A DNA stretch of 37,432 bases from an uncultured Candidatus Saccharibacteria bacterium (GTDB lineage: Bacteria > Patescibacteriota > Minisyncoccia > Phycocordibacterales > UBA12088). Under the pieces are notes generated by a model, which worked only from the letters and a program-made list of their open reading frames with translations, did no database searches and was not told the origin of the DNA. Below are positions 24,058 through 32,088 of this stretch, piece by piece (positions within the stretch are counted from its first letter, which is position 1; each line of letters starts with the position of its first letter). Both the position numbers and the translations under genes were made by a program. The stretch is from contig CAZMLK010000002.1 in the NCBI GenBank assembly GCA_964567265.1, forward strand, positions 204,813 through 242,244. Reading direction: 5' to 3'.

Positions 24058-25136
24058 TTGTCGCCCACGAAAAAAAAGATTACAAGAAAGAGCTCGGGGA
24101 ACTGATTGAGACCGTGATGAATGAAGGGGGGTCCGACCTCCACTTTTCTGCGGGCTACCATCCGACCATCCGCGCGCTCGGCTCCCTGATCGCGCTCGCG
24201 AAGCGGGACAAGCTCACCGGCGCGGATACCGAGGGCTTCGCGCAGGTGCTCCTTTCTGACGAACAGCATGAGCGGTTCCTCAGGGAAAAGGAGATCGACT
24301 TTTCATTCAGCTTGGACGGCAAGGCGCGCTTCCGCGGCAACGCATCCTATCAGCGCGGCACCGTCGCGATCGCGCTCCGCTATATCCCGAATACGATTCG
24401 GACGATCGGCGAACTCCGCCTGCCGCCCATCCTCGAGGAATTCGCCGAGCGAAAGCAAGGGTTCTTCCTCGTCGTCGGCCCCGTGGGGCAGGGTAAATCG
24501 ACCACGCTCGCAGCGATGGTCGATTATATCAACACAGCCCGGACCGAGCACATCGTGACCATCGAGGACCCGATCGAGTATGTGTTCGATCCGAAGCAGT
24601 CCGTGATTGACCAGCGCGAAGTCCTTATCGATACCAATGATTTCCATACTGCGCTCAAGTCGGCGTTCCGCCAGGACGTGAACGTAATCATGGTCGGCGA
24701 GATGCGGAGTCCGGAGACCATCTCGACTGCTGTCACCGCGGCGGAAACCGGTCACCTCGTCCTTTCGACCCTCCACACCAACAACGCATCCCAGACCATC
24801 GACCGCATCATCGATAGCTTCTCCTCGACGCAGCAGGATCAGATCCGCATGCAGCTCGGCGCGAGCTTGGTCGGCATCTTCTCGCAGCGGCTCATCCCGG
24901 GGATCGCCGGAGGACTTGTGCCCGCATACGAGCTCCTCATCAATAACAAAGCCATCGCAAACCTGATCCGGGAGAAGCGCACGCATGAGATCAACACCGT
25001 GATCGAGACCGGCTCTCAGGAGGGCATGGTCAGTATGAACCGATCGCTCGCGGATCTCGTCCGCAAAGGGGAGATCACGATCGAGAACGCCTTCCGCTTC
25101 TCGCTTGACCCTACCGTCCTTGAACGTCTCGTATAA
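24054..25136 (+). CDS. pilT: type IV pilus retraction ATPase PilT
   Basis: 360 aa with Walker A GPVGQGKSTT, RQDVNVIMVGEMR, TGHLVLSTLHTNNA and the PilT-type AIANLIREKRTHE motif. Confidence 0.95.
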   Translation: MIVAHEKKDYKKELGELIETVMNEGGSDLHFSAGYHPTIRALGSLIALAKRDKLTGADTEGFAQVLLSDEQHERFLREKEIDFSFSLDGKARFRGNASYQRGTVAIALRYIPNTIRTIGELRLPPILEEFAERKQGFFLVVGPVGQGKSTTLAAMVDYINTARTEHIVTIEDPIEYVFDPKQSVIDQREVLIDTNDFHTALKSAFRQDVNVIMVGEMRSPETISTAVTAAETGHLVLSTLHTNNASQTIDRIIDSFSSTQQDQIRMQLGASLVGIFSQRLIPGIAGGLVPAYELLINNKAIANLIREKRTHEINTVIETGSQEGMVSMNRSLADLVRKGEITIENAFRFSLDPTVLERLV

Positions 25137-25141
25137 CCACT

Positions 25142-26350
25142 ATGCTTTTCCAATACACAGCATTCGATGCGGGCGGCGCCGAGAAAACCGGCACCGTTGA
25201 AGCAATTAATCAGGATGTCGCGATCAGCTCGCTGCAGCGGCGCGGCCTGGTCATTTCTTCGATCGCGGCTGTCGAGGAAAATAAGGGGCTTTTTGAGAAC
25301 ATCAAGCTCTTCAACCACGTTTCCAACAAGGAGATCGTCATCATCTCGCGCCAGATCGCGACACTCTTCGAAGCACAGGTTTCCGCGCTCCGCGTGTTCC
25401 GTCTGCTCGGCGCTGAATCAGAGAATCTCGCGCTCCGTGAGGTCTTGACCATCGTCGCCGACGATCTCCAGGGTGGCTCGACGATCTCAGGCGCGCTCTC
25501 GAAGCATCCGGACGTCTTCTCGGGCTTTTATACAAACATGGTCAAGGCGGGCGAAGAAGCCGGAAAACTAGACCAAACCTTCCTCTTCCTTGCGGACTAT
25601 CTCGATCGCACCTATGAAGTCACGACGAAGGCGCGGAACGCGCTCGTCTACCCGGCGTTCGTCATCTCCACCTTCCTCGTCGTCATGATCCTCATGATGA
25701 CTGTGGTGATCCCGCGTCTCGGCACCATCATCGAGGAATCGGGGCAGCAGGTACCAATCTACACCAAGGCAGTGCTTGGCATCAGCCATCTCTTCGTGGA
25801 TTACAGCGTATTCCTCTTCATTGGCCTCGCGGCGCTCGCGGTTTTCCTCTGGCGCTACATCCTTACCGACGCCGGCAAGAATGCGCTCGATACGCTCAAG
25901 CTCGAAGTCCCATACCTCGGCACGCTCTTCCGCAAGCTCTACCTCTCTCGCATCGCTGACAACCTCTCGACCATGCTCGGAAGCGGTATCCCGATGGTGC
26001 GCGCGCTCGAGATCACGTCCGAAGTGGTGGGGAACCGTCTCTACGAACAGGCGCTCGCGGATATCATGACTGGCGTCAAGAACGGTGTCTCGGTTTCGGA
26101 TGCATTCGCTGGGCACACTGACCAGATGCCAGGGCTCCTTGTACAAATGATCAAGGTCGGTGAGGAAACCGGAGAACTTGGGAATATCCTCAACATGCTC
26201 GCTAAATTCTATCGCCGCGAGGTCAATAATGCGGTGGATACGCTTATCGGCCTCATCGAGCCGGCCATGATCGTCGGCCTCGGCCTCGGTGTCGGCCTCC
26301 TCCTGGTCTCAGTCCTCGTCCCGATCTATCAGATCTCCTCGAGCGTCTAG
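25142..26350 (+). CDS. pilC: type IV pilus platform protein PilC (GspF family)
   Basis: 402 aa with a duplicated T2SSF domain and three hydrophobic TM segments. Canonical position after pilT. Confidence 0.94.
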   Translation: MLFQYTAFDAGGAEKTGTVEAINQDVAISSLQRRGLVISSIAAVEENKGLFENIKLFNHVSNKEIVIISRQIATLFEAQVSALRVFRLLGAESENLALREVLTIVADDLQGGSTISGALSKHPDVFSGFYTNMVKAGEEAGKLDQTFLFLADYLDRTYEVTTKARNALVYPAFVISTFLVVMILMMTVVIPRLGTIIEESGQQVPIYTKAVLGISHLFVDYSVFLFIGLAALAVFLWRYILTDAGKNALDTLKLEVPYLGTLFRKLYLSRIADNLSTMLGSGIPMVRALEITSEVVGNRLYEQALADIMTGVKNGVSVSDAFAGHTDQMPGLLVQMIKVGEETGELGNILNMLAKFYRREVNNAVDTLIGLIEPAMIVGLGLGVGLLLVSVLVPIYQISSSV

Positions 26351-26490
26351 GGGGCAGTGAGTTATACACATAAAAGAGGGAGGGGGCGAGCGTCCTGTCC
26401 TATAATTATTATCGTACCTCTTTGCAAATAGATTCGTGCGGAAGACGGTCGTGTTCAATAAGAAGTGTCATTAGTAATAGTCTGTTTTTT

Positions 26491-26982
26491 ATGGATAGTA
26501 CGTACAAGCGAGGTTTCACCCTCATCGAACTCCTCGTCGTCATCGCCATCATCGGTATCCTCTCGTCGGTCGTTCTCGCCTCGCTCTCAAGTGCCCGCCA
26601 GAAGGCACGTGATGCACAGCGTCTGTCGGACATGCGCGAAGTCTCAAAGGTCATCGCCCTTACGCAGGGAAATGCGGCAACAACCATGACCGGCTGTGCC
26701 TCCCAGAATGCACGCCTTAGTACCTGCACCGTCACCTTCGTCGACTTGGCTCAGTACAAGGATCCGTCTGGCTCGACCACTGCATGTACCGCCGCATCGG
26801 TTGCCGGTACCGCCTGTGACTACTCCATCTCGCTTCTTGCAGGTGGCGCCGGAAACCCGACCAACGAGAATTGGCACGTGAAGTTCAACCTCGAAGTCGG
26901 AGCAGGCTCGCTCCCTGCAGGGCTCAACTGTATCAAGGGCCCGACCGGCTCATTCGCGAGCGGCGCGACGAACTGCCCGTAA
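26491..26982 (+). CDS. type IV major pilin candidate, paralog 1
   Basis: The ORF track entry 26422..26982 was trimmed to ATG 26491. Class III signal MDSTYKRG|[22 protein letters not shown] with Glu+5. Three Cys pairs and a C-terminal ...NCP. Confidence 0.9.
   Translation: MDSTYKRGFTLIELLVVIAIIGILSSVVLASLSSARQKARDAQRLSDMREVSKVIALTQGNAATTMTGCASQNARLSTCTVTFVDLAQYKDPSGSTTACTAASVAGTACDYSISLLAGGAGNPTNENWHVKFNLEVGAGSLPAGLNCIKGPTGSFASGATNCP
26507..26682 (+). repeat. pilin N-terminal identity block (copy in paralog 1)
   Basis: 100% identical to 27205-27380. The subsegment 26516-26640 is also identical to 27935-28059. Confidence 0.9.
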
Positions 26983-27000
26983 TACAACATCGGTTGGAGA

Positions 27001-27034
27001 TACAAAATACCCCCGAAGCGGGGTTATTTTGTAT
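27001..27034 (+). terminator. terminator after pilin paralog 1
   Basis: TACAAAATACCCC-CGAAGC-GGGGTTATTTTGTA forms a stem with one bulge. Confidence 0.6.
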
Positions 27035-27189
27035 AAAAAAGACGGCAGCGCAGCGGTTTATCCACACATTGAAGGGAAGACTTTGCAGTTCTGTCCTATA
27101 ATTACCGCTGTACCTTCTTGCAAAGCTATTAACACGCAAAGACGGTCGCACTCTCTATAGGTAATTACTCATAGCCATAGTTTGTTTTT

Positions 27190-27678
27190 ATGAATACATC
27201 TTCGAAGCGAGGTTTCACCCTCATCGAACTCCTCGTCGTCATCGCCATCATCGGTATCCTCTCGTCGGTCGTTCTCGCCTCGCTCTCAAGTGCCCGCCAG
27301 AAGGCACGTGATGCACAGCGTCTGTCGGACATGCGCGAAGTCTCAAAGGTCATCGCCCTTACGCAGGGAAATGCGGCAACCGCGCTTGCTGGCTGTACCG
27401 CAGCAAATGCTCGCCTTACTACGTGTACGGGCGCATTCGTCGATCTCGCGCAGTACAAGGATCCGTCTGGCTCGACCACTGCATGTACGACTGCCGCAGT
27501 TGCAGGTACTGCTTGTGACTACGCGGTGGCTAAGATTTCAGGTGCCGCTGCAGCGACCAATGAAGATTGGTCGGTCAAATTCAACCTCGAAGTCGGAGCA
27601 GGCTCGCTCCCTGCAGGACTCAACTGTATCGTTGGTCCTACCGGAGGTTTCAAGAGCGGAACGACGAATTGTCCGTAG
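27190..27678 (+). CDS. type IV major pilin candidate, paralog 2
   Basis: MNTSSKRG|FTLIELL... A 176-nt block is identical to paralog 1 (27205-27380 equals 26507-26682). Same Cys pattern and ...NCP end. Confidence 0.9.
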   Translation: MNTSSKRGFTLIELLVVIAIIGILSSVVLASLSSARQKARDAQRLSDMREVSKVIALTQGNAATALAGCTAANARLTTCTGAFVDLAQYKDPSGSTTACTTAAVAGTACDYAVAKISGAAAATNEDWSVKFNLEVGAGSLPAGLNCIVGPTGGFKSGTTNCP

Positions 27679-27702
27679 GCAATACGATACCTATTTGGAA
27701 CA

Positions 27703-27735
27703 CCGTCCTGCTGCATGAGCGCAGGGCGGTTTTTC
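27703..27735 (+). terminator. rho-independent terminator after pilin paralog 2
   Basis: CCGTCCTGC-loop-GCAGGGCGG followed by TTTTT. Confidence 0.7.
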
Positions 27736-27910
27736 GTCTGAGTATCGGCATTTTCGCGAGCGCAGTTGACTCCGGAGTCTCGAATAACCGGAAACGCCCC
27801 GGATTATCAACAGGGGATTCGCTCGTGGCTGCCTGATTCATGCGTCGATGGGGTAGTATAGAGAAGTAGTCCAGATTGATTTTTAAGTAACTGCAAAACC
27901 CTGCATTAGT

Positions 27911-28408
27911 ATGAATACATCACGAACTCGCGGCTTCACCCTCATCGAACTCCTCGTCGTCATCGCCATCATCGGTATCCTCTCGTCGGTCGTTCTCGCC
28001 TCGCTCTCAAGTGCCCGCCAGAAGGCACGTGATGCACAGCGTCTGTCGGACATGCGCGAGATGTCGAAGGTGATCGCGCTTACGCACGGCACGGCAGCAA
28101 CCACCTTTACGGGATGCGTCCTTCAGAATGGCCGGCCGTCGAGTCCTGCATGTACTGGTTCATTTGCCCAGCTCGCGCTTTACAAGGACCCTTCAGGTGC
28201 AACGACCGCATGTACGGCGGCATCAGTGGCGGGCACGGCTTGTGACTACTCCATATCCAAAGCTGCAGGCGGAGCCGGAGCAGCGTCGAATGAGGATTAT
28301 CAAATCAAATTCAACCTCGAAGTCGGAGCAGGCTCGCTCCCCGCAGGGCTCAACTGTATCGTCGGGCCTTCTGGAAGCCTGAAATCCGGCGCCGCAAACT
28401 GCCCGTAA
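27911..28408 (+). CDS. type IV major pilin candidate, paralog 3
   Basis: MNTSRTRG|FTLIELL... A 125-nt block is identical to paralog 1 (27935-28059 equals 26516-26640). Same Cys pattern and ...NCP end. Confidence 0.9.
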   Translation: MNTSRTRGFTLIELLVVIAIIGILSSVVLASLSSARQKARDAQRLSDMREMSKVIALTHGTAATTFTGCVLQNGRPSSPACTGSFAQLALYKDPSGATTACTAASVAGTACDYSISKAAGGAGAASNEDYQIKFNLEVGAGSLPAGLNCIVGPSGSLKSGAANCP

Positions 28409-28878
28409 TGCGATTCGTATACCACAAAGAGCGCCACTTTCAGGGCTTCACGCTGATCGAGCTTCTGGTGGTAATCTCCATCATCGGCATCCTCTCGACG
28501 GTCGTCCTGAATTCGCTCGGGACGGCCAGGCTGAAGGGTCGCGACGCGACGCGAATCTCGGACCTAAAGCAGATCCAGTTGGCACTTGAACTCTACTTCG
28601 AGTCGGGTAACAATGCCTATCCTGCGGCACTCTCAAACCTTTCTCCGCAGTATGTGCAGACGGTGCCACGCGACCCGCGGACAGGGAACAACTACATTTT
28701 CGAACAGACGGGAAGCGGTACCGGATACCATGTCGGAGCTCTCCTCGAGCTCTCGAATGACATCATGCTGACCGACGCAGACGCGACGACCACCAGCTTC
28801 GGCGGCGCCACGTCTGATTGTGCGACGACTGGCATTACCGTCGCTGCCAATGAACGCTGCTACGATATATCGCAGTAA
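28408..28878 (+). CDS. type IV pilin-like protein (GspG/PilE-like), upstream of pilD
   Basis: MRFVYHKERHFQG|[16 protein letters not shown] with Glu+5. Contains the RDATRISDLKQIQLALELYF motif. Its start overlaps the previous stop (TAATG). Confidence 0.88.
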   Translation: MRFVYHKERHFQGFTLIELLVVISIIGILSTVVLNSLGTARLKGRDATRISDLKQIQLALELYFESGNNAYPAALSNLSPQYVQTVPRDPRTGNNYIFEQTGSGTGYHVGALLELSNDIMLTDADATTTSFGGATSDCATTGITVAANERCYDISQ

Positions 28879-28899
28879 GCCTATGCGCTGAATATCCCT

Positions 28900-29721
28900 G
28901 TGGAAACTCTCATCGCTACGTACATATTCGTACTCGGTCTCCTGGTCGGGAGCTTCGTGAACGTGCTTGTCCTTCGGCATGAGACAGGGGAGGGGGTCGG
29001 TGGAAGATCCCATTGCGGCAAATGCCGCCGCCAGCTCTCTTGGTTCGAGAATGTTCCGCTCCTTTCGTTCCTCGTGCTTCGCGGCAAATGCCGTACCTGT
29101 AGAGAACGAATCTCGTTCCAGTACCCTCTTGTCGAACTCCTGACCGCATCACTCTACCTCCTCGTGTGGCAGGCAGCCTTTCCGCTCCCGCGAACCATTC
29201 TGATCCTCCTCGCGACCCTATTCCTGGTTGCCATTGTCGTCTACGACCTCAGGACCACCATCATTCCCGATGAATTTGTTATTCCGTGGAATCTGCTCGC
29301 GTTCCTGTCGGTTTTTATCGGGACAAGCGCCGTCACGATGCCCTCGATCGCAGCATTTCTGGCTGGACCGCTCCTCGCGCTGCCGTTCGCGCTCCTCTGG
29401 GTCATGTCGGGCGGTCGGTGGATCGGACTCGGCGATGCGAAGCTCGCGCTCGGCATGGGCTGGTTCCTCGGATTGATACCTGGTTTTTCTGCGGTGATAC
29501 TTTCATTCTGGATCGGCGCCGTAACCAGTCTCCTCCTCCTGGCCCTCAGCAAGGTTCTCCCCCATATCGTGAAGCTCCTCCCATTGCCCTCAAGTACTCG
29601 TCACCTTACAATGAAGAGCGAGGTGCCGTTCGCGCCATTCCTGGTCATTGGCTTCTATATCGGCCTCCTGAGCCACATCGATCTCTTCGTACTGCCGATT
29701 CGCGCGCTTGGCGGATTCTAA
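28900..29721 (+). CDS. pilD: prepilin peptidase (A24 family) PilD
   Basis: 273 aa with a GTG start. N-terminal LVGSFVNVLVLR, Cys pairs CGKC...CRTC, catalytic Asp contexts VVYDLRTTIIPDE and GLGDAKL, and a polytopic topology. Confidence 0.92.
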   Translation: METLIATYIFVLGLLVGSFVNVLVLRHETGEGVGGRSHCGKCRRQLSWFENVPLLSFLVLRGKCRTCRERISFQYPLVELLTASLYLLVWQAAFPLPRTILILLATLFLVAIVVYDLRTTIIPDEFVIPWNLLAFLSVFIGTSAVTMPSIAAFLAGPLLALPFALLWVMSGGRWIGLGDAKLALGMGWFLGLIPGFSAVILSFWIGAVTSLLLLALSKVLPHIVKLLPLPSSTRHLTMKSEVPFAPFLVIGFYIGLLSHIDLFVLPIRALGGF

Positions 29722-29734
29722 TTTGAAACAGCAT

Positions 29735-30199
29735 ATGCAACGGTTCCTGATGAAATTGAAATCCGACCCGGCACGCGGGTTCTCGCTCATCGAGCTCTTG
29801 GTCGTGATCACCATCATCGCGGTCCTGACGACGCTCACCATTTCAGGGCTCAACTCTGCACGCATCAAGGGCCGGGATGCGGATCGCGTTTCCGATATCA
29901 AGCAGATACAGCTTGCGCTCGAACTCTATTACGACGCAAACCACTTCTATCCGAACAGCACGACTGAGACGGCCGTGACGACCGCACTTGCAGGGTTGGT
30001 GAGCGGGGGATTCATGGCGGTGATCCCGGATGATCCGCTGACGACCCAGCACTATATGTACAAGAGCAGCTCCGCGAGCGGTTCCACCGCATACTGCGTA
30101 GGCGCGAATCTCGAGGGTGCATCCCAAGGAGCATCAACCTGCACTACGCCTACCCTCACGGCGACGTATGATTACAGCGCGGGTCCCCAGGGCCCATGA
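29735..30199 (+). CDS. type IV pilin-like protein, paralog of 28408..28878
   Basis: ...KSDPARG|[16 protein letters not shown] with Glu+5 and RDADRVSDIKQIQLALELYY. The start could be ATG 29735 or ATG 29750; the ORF track TTG 29708 overlaps pilD. Confidence 0.85.
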   Translation: MQRFLMKLKSDPARGFSLIELLVVITIIAVLTTLTISGLNSARIKGRDADRVSDIKQIQLALELYYDANHFYPNSTTETAVTTALAGLVSGGFMAVIPDDPLTTQHYMYKSSSASGSTAYCVGANLEGASQGASTCTTPTLTATYDYSAGPQGP

Positions 30200-30867
30200 T
30201 GGAAGGAGAACGCATGAGTACTTTTCAGAAAATAATCGCAGCGCTCCACGTCCCACGCACGGGCCGTGCTTCGTTTTTGCAGAATGCCGCTTCGCGCGGC
30301 TTCACGCTCATCGAGCTTCTGGTGGTCATATCGATAAGCATGCTCCTCCTCCTCTCGGTCCTCTTTCTCGATATCGGCCCGAAGGGGAAGCCGTCCGTCG
30401 ACACTGCGGCGCAGCAGCTCTCTGTCATCGTGCGGCAAGCGCTTGCGTACGGCCTTGCAATCGTCGGAACGAACAACAACTTCGATGTCGGCTATGGCGT
30501 ACGCGTGAATACGAATGCGGCGACGCAGGCGATCCTGTACGTCGATGTCAACAAGAATAACCTCTTCGATGCGGGGGACACTACCATGCAGACGCTGACT
30601 TTTCCTTCCGACGTAACCGTCCAGAAGTTCTGCGTCGACAAGGGGAGCACCCCTACGTGTTACAACGCAGGTGCATCCAGCAACGCGCTCGACATCAGTT
30701 TCGCGCGCTCATCGTTCATCGGCGTCATCTCGGTCACGCCGAATGGAGGTTCTGCGGACAAGACGTGGGCCACGACGACGATCTATCTCCAGAGCGCCTC
30801 GGATCCGGCAATCATCGAGCAGGTGAAGGTGAATCGAGCCGGACTTGTTGATATTATCGGCATATGA
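30196..30867 (+). CDS. minor pilin (GspH/FimT-like)
   Basis: ...NAASRG|[16 protein letters not shown] with Glu+5. ATG 30196 (ATGA coupling) would give a 35-aa leader. An in-frame TTG at 30277 would give a typical 8-aa leader, so the start is ambiguous. Confidence 0.8.
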   Translation: MMEGERMSTFQKIIAALHVPRTGRASFLQNAASRGFTLIELLVVISISMLLLLSVLFLDIGPKGKPSVDTAAQQLSVIVRQALAYGLAIVGTNNNFDVGYGVRVNTNAATQAILYVDVNKNNLFDAGDTTMQTLTFPSDVTVQKFCVDKGSTPTCYNAGASSNALDISFARSSFIGVISVTPNGGSADKTWATTTIYLQSASDPAIIEQVKVNRAGLVDIIGI

Positions 30868-31388
30868 ACCTGAACCGTATTTTCAAAAAGAACAAGGAGA
30901 CTGAGAAGGGATTCACCCTCGTTGAGATGATGGTCTCCGTAGCGCTCTTCGTCATCATCATGATGGTCTTGGTGGACTTGTTCATCTCGCTCCTCGTCGC
31001 GAACCGCAAGGCGCAGTCGCAGAAGTTTGTCTACGACAACGTGTACAGCTCGATTGAGATCATCACGAGGCATATCCGTTCGGGAACCGGATATAATTGC
31101 CCCGGGGGAGCGTGCTCGACATTCTCGTTCACGGACGCGGATGGAAATTCCGTGACCTATCGGGTCCAGAACGGTGTCATCCAGCGTTCAATGAACGGAG
31201 GTGCCTATGATGACATCACGGCGGGAAACATCACGATCGACAATCTCAAATTCTATACGTTCGGCGATAATGTGACCCAGCAGGAGCGCGTCCTCGTCAT
31301 CATCGCGGGGAAGGCGGGTACGGGGGCCACGCTCTCGACCTTCACCGTGCAGACGACCATCTCGCAGGCGCTCCTTACCGAATTTTAA
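30864..31388 (+). CDS. minor pilin (PilW/GspJ-like)
   Basis: MNLNRIFKKNKETEKG|FTLVEMMVSVALFVIIM with Glu+5. ATGA overlap with the previous gene. Confidence 0.8.
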   Translation: MNLNRIFKKNKETEKGFTLVEMMVSVALFVIIMMVLVDLFISLLVANRKAQSQKFVYDNVYSSIEIITRHIRSGTGYNCPGGACSTFSFTDADGNSVTYRVQNGVIQRSMNGGAYDDITAGNITIDNLKFYTFGDNVTQQERVLVIIAGKAGTGATLSTFTVQTTISQALLTEF

Positions 31389-31389
31389 T

Positions 31390-31950
31390 ATGCAGCATTC
31401 CACCAACAATCAGGCAGGCTTCACGCTCATCGAGACTCTGGTCGCGCTCACAATCATCACGATCGGCATCATCGGGCCCCTTACACTCCTCCAGCGGAGC
31501 TTGAATGCGACCGTATATGCCAAGGAGAAGGTGACGGCGATCTTCCTCGCGGAAGATGCGCTCGAATACCTGAAGAATGTTCGAGACAGCGATGCTTTGA
31601 GCGCCATGACGGACCAGAATACGGCAACCGACTACTTTTTCGGGGACATCATCCCGAAGTGTCTCGACAAGAGCTGCAAGATCGAGACGACGACTGATTA
31701 CCCGAGCGACCACGCGACCAATCCGAGCGTGACGGTCTGTTCCGGCACCTGCGCCGCCTTGAATTACAGCCCATCTCTGGACGTGTACAGCTATAAGACT
31801 GGCTCTGATTGGGCTGCGTCCGTCTACACGCGGACGATCATCATCACTAAATTCGCTTCAGGCGAATATAAGGCGCAGGTGAAGATGACGTGGAAAGGGC
31901 ATACGGTCGTCATCGAGCGCAACTTCCAGAACATCGTGCGCAATATCTAG
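31390..31950 (+). CDS. minor pilin (PilV/GspI-like)
   Basis: MQHSTNNQAG|FTLIETLVALTIITIGI with Glu+5. 186 aa. Confidence 0.8.
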   Translation: MQHSTNNQAGFTLIETLVALTIITIGIIGPLTLLQRSLNATVYAKEKVTAIFLAEDALEYLKNVRDSDALSAMTDQNTATDYFFGDIIPKCLDKSCKIETTTDYPSDHATNPSVTVCSGTCAALNYSPSLDVYSYKTGSDWAASVYTRTIIITKFASGEYKAQVKMTWKGHTVVIERNFQNIVRNI

Positions 31951-31970
31951 CAGCTACTGTATAACTCCGA

Positions 31971-31999
31971 GTGACAGGAAAAACGCCGCTCGATATACT
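31971..31999 (+). promoter_or_regulatory. promoter-like GTGACA-N17-TATACT upstream of the large adhesin gene
   Basis: GTGACA at 31971-31976 and TATACT at 31994-31999. It is part of a motif of about 24 nt, TACTGtATAACTCcGAGTGACAGG, that is repeated upstream of the second adhesin gene. Confidence 0.45.
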
Positions 32000-32088
32000 G
32001 GACATGCATCGCACTACCTCCGCACACGGCTCACACTTTTTATTACTTGCTTCCAATCTTTGGAGCCTGATCCATCCGACTGCGTTCT

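Noticed and set aside
26411-27125. A sigma54 (-24/-12) promoter upstream of the pilins, suggested by the conserved TTGCA element.
   Set aside because: No GG element (TGGCAC) lies 10-11 nt upstream of the TTGCA in either copy, and no enhancer-binding protein is present in the window.
26507-28059. Regularly spaced identical blocks at about 700-bp intervals, considered as a possible CRISPR or other repeat array.
   Set aside because: The blocks are the conserved N-terminal coding segments of three full-length pilin paralogs. Their spacing and length do not fit CRISPR, and no cas genes are present.
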